Positions 29,299-41,307 of a stretch of 64,000 bases of DNA are shown piece by piece. The DNA is from Methanobacteriota archaeon. Its GTDB lineage: Archaea; Thermoplasmatota; Thermoplasmata; SG8-5; DAIRED01. The position numbers were made by a program, and so were the translations under genes. The first letter of the stretch is position 1, and every line of letters starts with the position of its first letter. The notes under the pieces were generated by a model that did no database searches, was not told the origin of the DNA, and saw nothing but the letters and a program-made list of their open reading frames with translations. Where the stretch lies: the NCBI GenBank assembly GCA_043799545.1, contig JAZDNO010000014.1:1-64000 (forward strand), written 5' to 3'.

Positions 29299-29922
29299 AT
29301 GGAGAACGAGCAGCCAGCACAACCGCAGGCGGACCTCCTGATTCCGGAGGACACATACCTGACGTCGGGCGTGCACATCGGAACGCAGCAGAAGAGCGCA
29401 GACATGATGCAGTTCGTCTTCAAGGTGAGGACGGACGGGCTCTACGTCATGGACATCAGGCAGACTGACCAGCGGCTCCGCGTCGCCTCGAAGTTCCTGT
29501 CCAGGTACGACCCAGACAAGATACTCATAGTCTCGGCGAGGCAGTACGGTCAGAAGCCCGCCAAGATGTTCGCCAAGGCGATTGGCGCCAGGATTTTCGC
29601 CGGGCGCTTCGTCCCAGGCACCATGACTAACCCCAATCTTTCAGTTTACGTGGAGCCAAGCGTGCTCCTCGTAACAGACCCTGCGGCGGACCAGCAGGCG
29701 CTGCGCGAGGCAATGAGCATCGGCGTGCCGATTGTCGGGCTGTGCGACGCGAATAACGAGACGCGGAACGTGGACCTGGTAATCCCCACAAACAACAAGG
29801 GGCGAAAAGCGCTCGCCACGGTTTACTGGCTCCTCACCCGCGAAACGCTGAAGGCGCGCGGAGACATCAAGACGAATGAGGATTTCGCACCAAAACTGGA
29901 CGATTACGAAGCGAGCCTGTAA
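29299..29922 (+). CDS. rps2: 30S ribosomal protein S2
   Basis: [43 protein letters not shown]. Confidence 0.98.
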   Translation: MENEQPAQPQADLLIPEDTYLTSGVHIGTQQKSADMMQFVFKVRTDGLYVMDIRQTDQRLRVASKFLSRYDPDKILIVSARQYGQKPAKMFAKAIGARIFAGRFVPGTMTNPNLSVYVEPSVLLVTDPAADQQALREAMSIGVPIVGLCDANNETRNVDLVIPTNNKGRKALATVYWLLTRETLKARGDIKTNEDFAPKLDDYEASL

Positions 29923-30007
29923 TAGCGAGCATTAAAACATTTCCAGACTTTGCATTCCTATTCGATTAGAGGATAATTGATAAATACCGGCACACTTATT
30001 TCCACCC

Positions 30008-33000
30008 GTGGTGTGGGCGATGAAGAAATTTGCATCCGGTTGGTTGTGCGTAGTTGTTATCCTGAGCTCATCGTGGGTGGCACTGGATTTGGGGTTAAAG
30101 GTTAAAGCTGATGGATACGGTGACTATCCGCCGCCATTGGCAGGGGATTGGCATATCAACACCGATACCTACGTCGGTAATGAAACAATCATTCTAGACG
30201 GCAATCTTTGGGTTGAATCTGGCTCGACATTGACATTTTACAATGCGAACCTGAGAATGGACAATACGTTCAACGGCGAGCACAACATCCTTGTGAATGG
30301 TACTTTCAATATAAACAATTCGATGATAACGAGCCATGATGGCGTCAACAGATATCTATTTGAATTTCAGGGTTTCAGCGATGGATTGTTTGAAAAAGCC
30401 AACATCAGCTACTGCGGATACGACAACGACCACCGAGGATTCACGGTGTCCGTACCAGACCTTGTCGTGAAGAATTCTACTTTTGACAGGGGATACTTCG
30501 GTGTGACACTTCAAACTGATGGTCCGGAATTCTATAACGTGTCCATCACCAATACGGAAGGCAACGGCATGGTATTTTACGGCCCGAACAGCGTTTTCCA
30601 GGATTCTATCATACGCAATTGCACCAACGTGGGCCTGCAAATAGGCTTTAGCGATGCCACAATCACGAACGTCACGATCGAGGATTGCTGGCTTAGCAAC
30701 GTCGCCGCTGCTAGCGGCAATGTGTTGTTGGTCAATTCGACATTGAGCAATGCCACTCTGTACTCGGTGCTCCTATCGACCGGTGCCCACCTCACATACT
30801 TGAACACTACAGATACAAATAACGGATATTACTTTGACGCTGGAACCAGCATGACAAAGAAATGGTTCCTGAACGCCAAGGTGGTGAACGAATCCGGAAA
30901 TCCAGTCGTGGGAGCCACGGTACGTGTCAGGGACAACGAAAACGGGACTTACGATGCCAACTTCACAACGGATGCAACAGGTTGGGCGAGATGGATCGTG
31001 GTCAACGAGTCCTGGGAGAACGAGACAAACGCAATCATCTACACACCACATCAGATTTCGGTTTCCAATGCCACACTGTCTAAAGAGTCCATCCCCATGC
31101 AGATCATGAACCGCAGCAAAAATTTGGTAATCGATTTGGATTCTGCCCTCACTATCCATCTTCCTATCCGTATAAACTCGGACGCGGACTTCGATGCGGC
31201 GCATGGCGTCGTCAACGAGGCGACTGGCGACGGCTCAGCTGGAAACCCGTGGATCATCGAGAACTACGACATCAACGGCACTGGATACGGATACTGCATA
31301 TATGTCGGGAACACCACTGATTATTTCGTCGTGAGAAATTGCAATTTGCACGAGTCGGGTGGAGTATCATCTTGGCCATATTATACTGGATCTGGTATCT
31401 TGGTAAATAACATACGAAATGGTGTATTATTTAACAACACATTGGCCGATAATAATAATGGCATTCATATATTCGGTTCAAATACCAATCTGATTCAAAA
31501 TAATGGAATCAATGATAACCACAATGGAATTAATGTGGAATTTTCTGCAGGTAATAGCATTCGAGACAATGTGGTTGAGAACAACGATTATGGTATCATA
31601 TTATACCATTCTACCTACAATACTTTGGCTAATAATTCGATGATTAAGGATGGAATATTCATTCGAAGCGGTGATATCGAACATTGGAACACACATAACA
31701 TCGATAACACAAATACCGTGGATGGCCGCCCAGTTTATTATCTTAAAAATGTAACGTCGGGGAGCATACCGTCCGATGCCGGGCAAGTCATATTGGCCAA
31801 CTGTTCCGGCATCAGTGTAAGCAATCTCAGTCTCCAATATGCCGACGCTGGGATTATGATTGGCTATTCAGATAACATCACAGTAAGAAATAACATAATT
31901 GTCGGCATCAATTGGTATTGTGACGACAGCGGAATCTTAATGGATAATACTGAGAATGTTAGCGTGGTCAACAACACGATATCTATGTATTCCTATGGAA
32001 TAACTCTTGATAGTTCAGAGTATAACGCACTAGATAGAAACACAATTATCAGTTGCATGGATGGCATTGTTATCCGAGAGGGATATAATCACAATATTTC
32101 GAACAACTCATTATTGTCTTGTTATCAAGGCATTTTCACATATCCTGGCTGCCGATCAAACATGATCTTTTCAAATCAAATTACAAGTAATGGATATGGA
32201 ATACGGATATGGCAGGGTAACAATAACTCCATTGCGAATAATGATTTTGACCAAAATAACTATGGAATATACCTATCATTTTCATGGGATATCTGGGCGG
32301 GCAGCAACAATACGATATATCATAACAACTTCATCAGCAGCTTTACATATCACGCAGTAGATTCTACATACAACGATTGGAACTTGTCCTACCCGATTGG
32401 CGGTAACTATTGGAGCGATTATACTGGCGTCGATTTAAATGACACACCAGCGCAGAATGTTCCCCCACCAGACGGCATCGGCGACACGCCGTACACGAGC
32501 ATCGACAGCACGACTGGAGCCCAAGATAACTACCCGCTGATGCATCCAATAGGTTATCCGATTGTCATTTCCACTCTGCCACCATCGGGAGGAATCAACA
32601 TTTCAACCGGAATGTCAGTCACCGTTATTTTCAGCCAGAGCCTGAACACTTCGGTGACGCCGGTATTGACGCAAACGGCCGGCAGCCCCGTCACCTACGC
32701 CTTCCAGGGTTGGAGCCAGACAAACGTCGCCAACGACACGGCCACGTGGACGCATGGCAATTGGGCGCAGAACAACCTGGTTACAATCGTGGTTTCGAAT
32801 TTCATGGATTTGAGCGGCGGCGCTGGGTTCAATCACGCATTTTCATTCAGGACCGCCGACACCATCAGCCCCGTCTCCAGCGTCAACACAATCGCTGGCT
32901 ACTGGAAAACGACGTCTCCCATGACAATCGGGGCGTCGGCGAGCGACGGAACCGGCAGCGGCGTTGCCTATGTGGAACTATGGAGCCGGGCATCGAGCGA

Positions 33001-35125
33001 CAATGCCACCTGGAGCGCTTGGACGAAGGTGGGAAACGATACGGCGTCCCCGTGGTCGTTCAGCACCAGCATTGCCAGCGGGACGTACCATCAGTTCTAC
33101 TCGAGGGCCGGCGACGTCTCAGGCAATTACGAGGCCGCGCCGGGTTCCAGGGACGCCCTTTGCGGGTACGACGCCACGGCCCCAATGACAGCAGTAAATG
33201 CGATTACCCCTTCGACTGCCGCTACCATGAGCCTTTCCATCACTTATTCGAGGAGCGACTCAGCCAGCGGGGTAAAGAACGTCACCTTGTGGTACTCTTA
33301 CTCGGCGAGCGGTACAGCGTACGGCGCCTGGCAAAAGTTCGGCACTGAGAGCGTTTCCCCGGCATTCGCGGCATTTGACTTCAACTTCCCCAGCGGCGGC
33401 GGCTATTACCAGTTCGCAACCAGGGGGACGGATTTCGTGGGCAATTGGGAGAGCGCCCCTTCGGGCAACGACACCTGGGTGTTGAAACTCACTTCGGACA
33501 CGACGGCGCCATCGTCGTCGGCCACAGCCTTCGCGCCCTACTGGAAAAATGCCTCCCCGACCGCGATATCAGCGACGGCGAGCGACGCGGGCAGCGGCAT
33601 TGCCAACGTGACGCTCTGGTACAGGCACAGCGCCACTAACTCAACATGGACCACGTGGGCGCCGTACGGCATGGACACTGCAGCTCCATGGGAGTGGAGT
33701 TTCGACTTCTCCTACAACCAAGGATATTACCAGTTCTATACCGTCGCAATCGATAACTCGAGCAACGCTGAAGCCGTGCCAACAACGGCCGACGCCGTCT
33801 GCGCATACGATTCCGCGCGGCCAACGATAACAGACAGCAGTCTGGCCACCGGAACAACTGGAGATAGCTACCAGTTCCATACAGTCGTCGTCGACAACCT
33901 CAATCTATCCACGGTCCGCGTGATATACTGGTTCGGCGCGGGAAGCCAGACGAACACGACCATGGCGCGCACGACTGCCAACAATTACGAATTGTCAATC
34001 GGCGTCCCCTTGACCAGCCTTGCGACGCTCCACTACCGCATCGCGGCCGTGGACCGGGCGGGCAACTGGAACACCACATCGGTCAAGGATGTGCCAATAG
34101 CCGACAACGACGCCCCCGCCGCGAACGCTGGTGCGGACCAGACCGTCGATGCAGGTACCGCAGTCATCTTCGATGGTTCTGGCTCGACTGACAACATTGG
34201 CATCGTAAACTACACGTGGACGTTCAACGACGGGGTCGGCAACGTCGTTTTGCATGGCGTCACGCCTTCCCATAACTTCACAGGGGAAGGCAACTACTCC
34301 GTCACCCTCACCGTCAAGGACGGTGCAGGCAACAACGACACGGACACCATGGTCGTGCTGGTCAACCCTGAGGCGCTCGACGATTCGGACGGGGACGGCG
34401 TCCCGGACGACATCGATGCCTTCCCAGACGACCCGAACGAAACAGCAGACACGGACGGTGATGGCGTCGGAGACAACGGAGATGCTTTCCCGACCGATTC
34501 CAGCGAGTCAGCGGACACGGACGGTGACGGAGTTGGAGACAATTCCGACGCGTTCCCGAGCAACCCGGACGAATCCATCGACACCGACAATGACGGCATT
34601 GGTGACAACGCGGACACGGACGACGACGGCGACGGCACACTCGATACCGAGGATCCAGCCCCCCTAGATTCGACGGTCACTGGCGATGACGGCAGTGGCA
34701 ATTACTGGTGGATAATAATCATCATCGCAGTCGTAGCTGTGGCGCTTGTGATGGTCATGCTCAAGATGCGAGGCAATCGAGCGCCCGAAGAACCTGTCGT
34801 GGTAGTCTCTGCGGCGGAGCCAACGAAGGCACCAGCGCCCGAACCTATTCCGACGAAAGCATCGGCTCCAGAAATCGCTCCCGCAAAAACGCCAGAGCCT
34901 GTCCAGACCAAAGCGCCGACGCAGGCACCCCCGAAGGCTGAAGAACCCAAGGCAGCTCCACCGCCTCCGATATCATCGTCGCCGATAGCAACACCCCAGA
35001 CGCCGGCCGAGCCACCGCAATTGACCAAGGAGGAGCGCCTCGCAATGTTGAAGAAAGCCTATGACGATGGCAAGATTCCCAAGGAGGCGTACGAGAGGAC
35101 AAAAATGCGCCTAGAAAGTCTTTAA
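30008..35125 (+). CDS. 1705-aa surface protein: right-handed beta-helix/NosD regions, Ig-like repeats, PKD, TSP3-like Ca-binding repeats, TM, Pro-rich linker, SHOCT-like tail
   Basis: Signal peptide; GIxL...N.I..N repeats; GGNYWSDY...DGIGDTPY; ANAGADQTV...FDGSGSTD...NYTWTF (PKD); DSDGDGVPD repeats; TM WWIIIIIAVV; EERLAMLKKAYDDGKIPKEAYE. Confidence 0.88.
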   Translation: MVWAMKKFASGWLCVVVILSSSWVALDLGLKVKADGYGDYPPPLAGDWHINTDTYVGNETIILDGNLWVESGSTLTFYNANLRMDNTFNGEHNILVNGTFNINNSMITSHDGVNRYLFEFQGFSDGLFEKANISYCGYDNDHRGFTVSVPDLVVKNSTFDRGYFGVTLQTDGPEFYNVSITNTEGNGMVFYGPNSVFQDSIIRNCTNVGLQIGFSDATITNVTIEDCWLSNVAAASGNVLLVNSTLSNATLYSVLLSTGAHLTYLNTTDTNNGYYFDAGTSMTKKWFLNAKVVNESGNPVVGATVRVRDNENGTYDANFTTDATGWARWIVVNESWENETNAIIYTPHQISVSNATLSKESIPMQIMNRSKNLVIDLDSALTIHLPIRINSDADFDAAHGVVNEATGDGSAGNPWIIENYDINGTGYGYCIYVGNTTDYFVVRNCNLHESGGVSSWPYYTGSGILVNNIRNGVLFNNTLADNNNGIHIFGSNTNLIQNNGINDNHNGINVEFSAGNSIRDNVVENNDYGIILYHSTYNTLANNSMIKDGIFIRSGDIEHWNTHNIDNTNTVDGRPVYYLKNVTSGSIPSDAGQVILANCSGISVSNLSLQYADAGIMIGYSDNITVRNNIIVGINWYCDDSGILMDNTENVSVVNNTISMYSYGITLDSSEYNALDRNTIISCMDGIVIREGYNHNISNNSLLSCYQGIFTYPGCRSNMIFSNQITSNGYGIRIWQGNNNSIANNDFDQNNYGIYLSFSWDIWAGSNNTIYHNNFISSFTYHAVDSTYNDWNLSYPIGGNYWSDYTGVDLNDTPAQNVPPPDGIGDTPYTSIDSTTGAQDNYPLMHPIGYPIVISTLPPSGGINISTGMSVTVIFSQSLNTSVTPVLTQTAGSPVTYAFQGWSQTNVANDTATWTHGNWAQNNLVTIVVSNFMDLSGGAGFNHAFSFRTADTISPVSSVNTIAGYWKTTSPMTIGASASDGTGSGVAYVELWSRASSDNATWSAWTKVGNDTASPWSFSTSIASGTYHQFYSRAGDVSGNYEAAPGSRDALCGYDATAPMTAVNAITPSTAATMSLSITYSRSDSASGVKNVTLWYSYSASGTAYGAWQKFGTESVSPAFAAFDFNFPSGGGYYQFATRGTDFVGNWESAPSGNDTWVLKLTSDTTAPSSSATAFAPYWKNASPTAISATASDAGSGIANVTLWYRHSATNSTWTTWAPYGMDTAAPWEWSFDFSYNQGYYQFYTVAIDNSSNAEAVPTTADAVCAYDSARPTITDSSLATGTTGDSYQFHTVVVDNLNLSTVRVIYWFGAGSQTNTTMARTTANNYELSIGVPLTSLATLHYRIAAVDRAGNWNTTSVKDVPIADNDAPAANAGADQTVDAGTAVIFDGSGSTDNIGIVNYTWTFNDGVGNVVLHGVTPSHNFTGEGNYSVTLTVKDGAGNNDTDTMVVLVNPEALDDSDGDGVPDDIDAFPDDPNETADTDGDGVGDNGDAFPTDSSESADTDGDGVGDNSDAFPSNPDESIDTDNDGIGDNADTDDDGDGTLDTEDPAPLDSTVTGDDGSGNYWWIIIIIAVVAVALVMVMLKMRGNRAPEEPVVVVSAAEPTKAPAPEPIPTKASAPEIAPAKTPEPVQTKAPTQAPPKAEEPKAAPPPPISSSPIATPQTPAEPPQLTKEERLAMLKKAYDDGKIPKEAYERTKMRLESL
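32858..33810 (+). repeat. Three tandem ~105-aa Ig-like repeats (DxxxPxS...SGVxxVxLWY...YQFY...D..N.E)
   Basis: Repeats begin DTISPVSS, DATAPMTA and DTTAPSSS in the translation. Confidence 0.8.
34378..34690 (+). repeat. Thrombospondin type-3-like DxDGDG repeats
   Basis: DSDGDGVPDDIDAFP, DTDGDGVGDNGDAFP, DTDGDGVGDNSDAFP, DTDNDGIGDNAD, DDDGDGTLD. Confidence 0.85.
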
Positions 35126-35220
35126 GGCGGCAGCAAATTCAAAAGGCAAATCCTTTCCTTACGGTTATTCTGTAATAATTATTATCATAGTAGAGCATAT
35201 CCCCCATGGTGAGGGTCTAG

Positions 35221-36036
35221 ATGCGCCGTCCTATAGTCGCAGGCAAATTTTACGCTGGCAATGAAACCGCGCTCCGCGCACAGGTCGAGTGGTGCTTCAG
35301 GCACAAGGTCGGGCTAGGCAGGCTGCCCCAGGTCTCTCCGCAGAGAAAGGGCGATGTCCGCGGCTGCGTCGTGCCGCACGCTGGATTCATGTATTCTGGC
35401 CCGGTGGCCGCCCATTCATACGCCGCCGTCGCCGAGGACGGCGTCCCGGACGTGTTCGTCGTCCTGGGGCCGAACCACACCGGCCGGGGCTCGGATGTCT
35501 CGGTGATGGCCGACGATTTCGACACGCCGATGGGGAAGGTCGAGGTCGATAAGGAGATTGCAAAGGCGATGAGAACTGGAATCATCGCCGATGACGCCTC
35601 CGCCCACGCCTTCGAGCACTCCATAGAGGTCCAGCTTCCTTTTATTAAACACATCGCGCCGAAAGCCAAGCTCGTCCCGGTCTGCATGATGATGCAGGAC
35701 TACGAGACCGCGCGCGAGGCGGGGAAAACCATAGGGAAGGCGATATCGGGCAGGAGCGCCGTTGTTCTGGCATCCACGGATTTCTCCCACTACGTTTCTG
35801 CGGAGACGGCGAAGCGCAAGGATTCGCTAGCGATAGGGCGCATCACCGCCCTTGACCCGAAGGGGCTGCACCAGGTCGTGGAGAAGAACGGGATTTCGAT
35901 GTGCGGCTACGGACCTGTGATGGCGATGATGGAGGCGATTCAACCGAAGAGCGCACGCCTGCTCAAGTATGCTACGTCGGGCGACCTGGCCCCGATGAAG
36001 GACGTAGTGGGGTACGCGGCGATTGCCCTGGGATAA
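35221..36036 (+). CDS. amrB: MEMO1 family / AmmeMemoRadiSam system protein B
   Basis: RRPIVAGKFY, VPHAGFMYSG, GPNHTG, EHSIEVQLPF, STDFSHY, MCGYGP. Confidence 0.93.
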   Translation: MRRPIVAGKFYAGNETALRAQVEWCFRHKVGLGRLPQVSPQRKGDVRGCVVPHAGFMYSGPVAAHSYAAVAEDGVPDVFVVLGPNHTGRGSDVSVMADDFDTPMGKVEVDKEIAKAMRTGIIADDASAHAFEHSIEVQLPFIKHIAPKAKLVPVCMMMQDYETAREAGKTIGKAISGRSAVVLASTDFSHYVSAETAKRKDSLAIGRITALDPKGLHQVVEKNGISMCGYGPVMAMMEAIQPKSARLLKYATSGDLAPMKDVVGYAAIALG

Positions 36037-36075
36037 TTTCTGCAGGAAACCGTTTCGCCTGGAACGAAGGGGTGA

Positions 36076-37419
<1,344 letters not shown>

Positions 37420-37580
37420 AAAATTAACCCCGGGGCTTCACCAAATTTTATAAACAACCCCTGTGATTACCGCTGCGTTCCGACAGAATTTGGGGATGCA
37501 CTCGATGGTCGCGCGTTTGATGCTGGCTCAGCCTTCAACCGTGGCATTTTGAGGTTTCCGGATTCGAGGGAGGGGATGAT

Positions 37581-39812
37581 TTGGAGCTATCCGAGAACGC
37601 GGTCGCCGTGCTGGAGAAGAGGTACCTGATAAAGGACAAGAAGGGGAAGACCATCGAGACGCCGGACGGCATGTTCAGGCGCGTGGCCGAGAACATAGCC
37701 TCGGCCGAGCTAAAGCACGGCAAGTCCAAGCAGGAAGTCAAGCAGATAGAGCGCGAATTCTACGACTTCATGAAGAGCCTGGAGTTCATGCCAAACTCCC
37801 CGACCCTTATGAACGCGGGGCGCGACATGCAGCAGCTCTCGGCGTGCTTCGTCCTGCCAATAGAGGACTCGATGGAATCCATCTTCACCTCGCTGAAGAA
37901 CGCGGCGATGATTCACAAGTCGGGCGGTGGAACTGGCTTCGCCTTCTCGCGCATACGCCCCAAGGCCGACCCCGTACTCTCAACGATGGGCGTGAGCAGC
38001 GGTCCGATATCGTTCATGAAGGTCTACAACGCCGCCACGGAGGCCATCAAACAGGGGGGCACGCGCCGCGGCGCGAACATGGGAATCCTCCGCGTGGACC
38101 ACCCGGACATCATGGACTTCATCAAGTGCAAGGAGGACACGACCAAGCTGACGAACTTCAACATCTCCGTCGCCCTGACGGAGGAGTACATGAAGGCCGT
38201 AATCGGGGACGAGGAGTACGAGCTTCTCAACCCGCGCACGAAGGACGTCGCCGGCAAGCTGAAGGCGAGGGACGTCTTCGACACGATATCCGAGATGGCG
38301 TGGAGGACCGGAGAGCCGGGAATCGTCTTCCTTGACAGGATAAACAGGGACAACCCGACCCCGGCTATCGGGGAGATCGAGAGCACGAATCCGTGCGGGG
38401 AGCAGCCCCTTCTGCCATACGAATCCTGCAACCTGGGCTCAATCAACCTGGCGCTCATGGTCAAGGGCGGGGACGTGAACTGGGAGCGCCTCAAGGCTGT
38501 CACGCGCACGGCGGTGCGCTTCCTGGACGACGTCATCGACGTCAACAACTACCCCTTGCCGGAGATAGGCGAGATGTCGCTTGGCAACAGAAAAATTGGC
38601 TTGGGAGTCATGGGATGGGCCGACATGCTGGTGCAGCTTGGCATACAATACGATTCGCCGAAGGCGCTCAAGCTGGCCGAGCGCGTAATGAAGTTCGTTC
38701 AGGACGAGGGCTGGAAGATGAGCGGGGAGCTGGCAGAGGAGAAAGGGGCGTTCCCCAACTTCGCCAAGTCCAAGTTCGCCAAAGGGCGCAAGGTCCGCAA
38801 CGCCACTGTGACGACCATCGCCCCGACGGGCACGATTTCCATGATCGTGGACTGCTCCAGCGGGGTCGAGCCGAACTTCTCAGTAGCCTACCTCAAGCGC
38901 GTGATGGACGGGCGCGAGCTGCCGTATGCGAACCGCTACTTCGAGGAGCTCGTGAAGCGCAGGGGCATACACACCGCCGAGCTGATGGAGAAGGTCGCCA
39001 AGGCCGGCCACATCCAGGAGCTGGAGGAGATACCCGAGGACATCAGGAAGCTATTCCTCACGGCGCATGACATCTCCCCCGAGGGCCACATCATGATGCA
39101 GGCGGCGTTCCAGAAGTTCACCGACAACGCCGTTTCGAAGACCGTGAACATGAGCAACGATGCGAAGGTCGCCGACGTTGCCAAGGTGTTCAAGCTCGCG
39201 TACGAGACTGGATGCAAGGGCGTCACGGTCTACAGGGACGGCAGCAGGGAAGCCCAGGTATTGTCTTCCGGCACGGCCAAAGACCAGGCTAAGGCCGTGC
39301 AGACAAGGCTGAGCCTAGGCGAAATCGACGTTGACGAGAACGGAAAGCTCAAGCCCCGAGCCCGGCCGCTGGTGACCACAGGCTCGACCGTGCGCATGAC
39401 CACTGGCTGCGGTTACCTTTACGTGACGATAAACGAGGACGAGCGCGGCCTGTTCGAGATATTCGCGCGGATGGGCAAGACTGGCGGCTGCGCCGCGAGC
39501 CAGACCGAGGCGATAGGACGATTGATATCGCTCTCTCTGCGCTCCGGCATAGACCCGGTCGCCGTCGTGAAGCAGCTCAAGGGGATTCGCTGCCCGGTGC
39601 CGGCGCCGCTGTCGAAGGAGCGCTGCCTCTCGTGCCCTGACGCGGTCGGCCAGGCATTCGAGATATTCATGAAGTCCAGGGGCGAGAAAATCGTCTTCGA
39701 CGTCAAGCCCTCGGACCGAGGGCTGCGTCCGGAGTGCCCGGAGTGCGGGGCGCCGATAGAGTTCGCGGAGGGCTGCGCGGTCTGCCCGGCGTGCGGGTAC
39801 TCGAAGTGCTGA
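37581..39812 (+). CDS. nrdJ: Class II (B12-dependent) ribonucleotide reductase with C-terminal TSCPD and Zn-ribbon domains
   Basis: NSPTLMNAG, QLSACF, GGGTG, TNPCGEQPL, SCNLGSIN, TIAPTGT, YRDGSR. Tail MTTGCGYLYV...SCPDAV...CPECG. Confidence 0.96.
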   Translation: MELSENAVAVLEKRYLIKDKKGKTIETPDGMFRRVAENIASAELKHGKSKQEVKQIEREFYDFMKSLEFMPNSPTLMNAGRDMQQLSACFVLPIEDSMESIFTSLKNAAMIHKSGGGTGFAFSRIRPKADPVLSTMGVSSGPISFMKVYNAATEAIKQGGTRRGANMGILRVDHPDIMDFIKCKEDTTKLTNFNISVALTEEYMKAVIGDEEYELLNPRTKDVAGKLKARDVFDTISEMAWRTGEPGIVFLDRINRDNPTPAIGEIESTNPCGEQPLLPYESCNLGSINLALMVKGGDVNWERLKAVTRTAVRFLDDVIDVNNYPLPEIGEMSLGNRKIGLGVMGWADMLVQLGIQYDSPKALKLAERVMKFVQDEGWKMSGELAEEKGAFPNFAKSKFAKGRKVRNATVTTIAPTGTISMIVDCSSGVEPNFSVAYLKRVMDGRELPYANRYFEELVKRRGIHTAELMEKVAKAGHIQELEEIPEDIRKLFLTAHDISPEGHIMMQAAFQKFTDNAVSKTVNMSNDAKVADVAKVFKLAYETGCKGVTVYRDGSREAQVLSSGTAKDQAKAVQTRLSLGEIDVDENGKLKPRARPLVTTGSTVRMTTGCGYLYVTINEDERGLFEIFARMGKTGGCAASQTEAIGRLISLSLRSGIDPVAVVKQLKGIRCPVPAPLSKERCLSCPDAVGQAFEIFMKSRGEKIVFDVKPSDRGLRPECPECGAPIEFAEGCAVCPACGYSKC

Positions 39813-39813
39813 T

Positions 39814-41073
39814 TCAAAGCCTCTTCATCGCCTCGCGCGCCTGGCCCGCCCGCTGGGCGTTGCCTATGCCGTCGAAAATCATCGCCGCACTGAGGAGGTA
39901 CTCGTTCGCCTGCGCTTTCTTGTCGGCCTCGGCGAGCATCAGACCGCATTCGTAGCTCGCGTCGGCCAGCCTGTAGGGCATGTTCAGCTTCTCGCGGAGC
40001 GAGATAGTCTTCTCGAAGTACGCCAGCGACTCGTCGAAGCTGCCCTTGAGCCTGTAGATTATCGCGTAGGAGAGGTAGGCGCCTGACATGCCGAGGCTGT
40101 CCCCGAGCTTTTGGAATATGGCGAGCGACCTGTCACAGTACTTGACCGCCTTCTTGAAATCCTTCAGCCGCGCATAATCCTCGCCGGCGTTGAAGAGCGC
40201 CCAGCCCTCCATAACGACGTGGCCTATCTTCGAGGCAAGCGCTATGCATTTCTCGTAGTACTCGACCGATTCTTCGTATTTTTCCTGCCTCGCGAAGTTG
40301 ACGCCGATGTTGTTGTAGAGGGTTGCCATCGCCTGGTAGTCTTTGAGTTCCGTCAGCAGCGTGAGGCTCTTGTTGGCGCATTCCAGGCCGCGCTCGTACT
40401 TGCCGCGCTCGTCGTAGACGTTCGCCATCGCCATGTACACCTGCGCCGACCCCTCCTTGTAGTTGTGTTTCTCGGCAAGCCAGAGGGCCTGCTCGAGCAC
40501 GCCGATGGCGCGCTGGTACTCCCCCTTGCGCCAGTAGAGGTTCCCCAGCAATCTGTTCGCGTCCACCAGGAGTGGCGGCTCGCCGATATTCTCCGCCTTT
40601 CCGACCGCATCCTTGATGAGCGGCAACGCCTCGTCGTAATTCCCAGACCGGAGGTGAATTCCGCCAAGGCCGCTCTGAAGTTTAACCGCCATGCGGAGGT
40701 CGCCGATGTGGTTGGCGATTTTCAAGGCCTTCGAATAGTTCTCCACGGCGTCCCTCCACAACCCAGCGTGCCGGCTGGCCTCGCCGAGCTCGAAGAGCGC
40801 AGACATCCTCTTCCCCGCCTCCACCTTCTCGGAGGTCTGGGACTTCATCGAATGGATTGCCGTCAGTTTTTTGTAGACGGATTTGGCCTTGTCCTGGCCG
40901 AAGAACGTCATCGCCTTCGAGAGGGCGCTCGCCAGGGCTGGCAGGTCGGCGGGTCTGAGTTCGTCCGGGTCGAGCTTGAGGTCCTTACACTGCTTCTTGA
41001 CGATGAAGAACCCCATCTCCCCGAGTTCCGAGAGCATTATCTTATTGATTTCCTGGCTGGTTTCAGATGGCAA
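39814..41073 (-). CDS. Tetratricopeptide-repeat protein with a small N-terminal helical domain
   Basis: Multiple TPRs (LGNLYWRKGEYQRAI, YNNIGVNF..KYEESVEYYEK). TTG start at 41073 with a GGAGG RBS. Confidence 0.88.
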   Translation of the reverse strand: MPSETSQEINKIMLSELGEMGFFIVKKQCKDLKLDPDELRPADLPALASALSKAMTFFGQDKAKSVYKKLTAIHSMKSQTSEKVEAGKRMSALFELGEASRHAGLWRDAVENYSKALKIANHIGDLRMAVKLQSGLGGIHLRSGNYDEALPLIKDAVGKAENIGEPPLLVDANRLLGNLYWRKGEYQRAIGVLEQALWLAEKHNYKEGSAQVYMAMANVYDERGKYERGLECANKSLTLLTELKDYQAMATLYNNIGVNFARQEKYEESVEYYEKCIALASKIGHVVMEGWALFNAGEDYARLKDFKKAVKYCDRSLAIFQKLGDSLGMSGAYLSYAIIYRLKGSFDESLAYFEKTISLREKLNMPYRLADASYECGLMLAEADKKAQANEYLLSAAMIFDGIGNAQRAGQAREAMKRL

Positions 41074-41307
41074 GGCGCTCCTCCGTTGCGTTTGGAGCCG
41101 ATATGCGGATGGAACAGCTGCCCCCTCAAATCCCTTTCGGCGGACTCGTGGGAACACATGGTCTCCATGCGTGAGCGAAAATGCGAAATTGCCATAACTG
41201 GAATCGCATCAGGCCCGCAATGGCATCATCATTCCCGGCAAATCACCGCAACCATTATATAGTACCGTCTGCTCCTCGGTTAGCCTTAACCCGAGATGCT
41301 AGGCACT

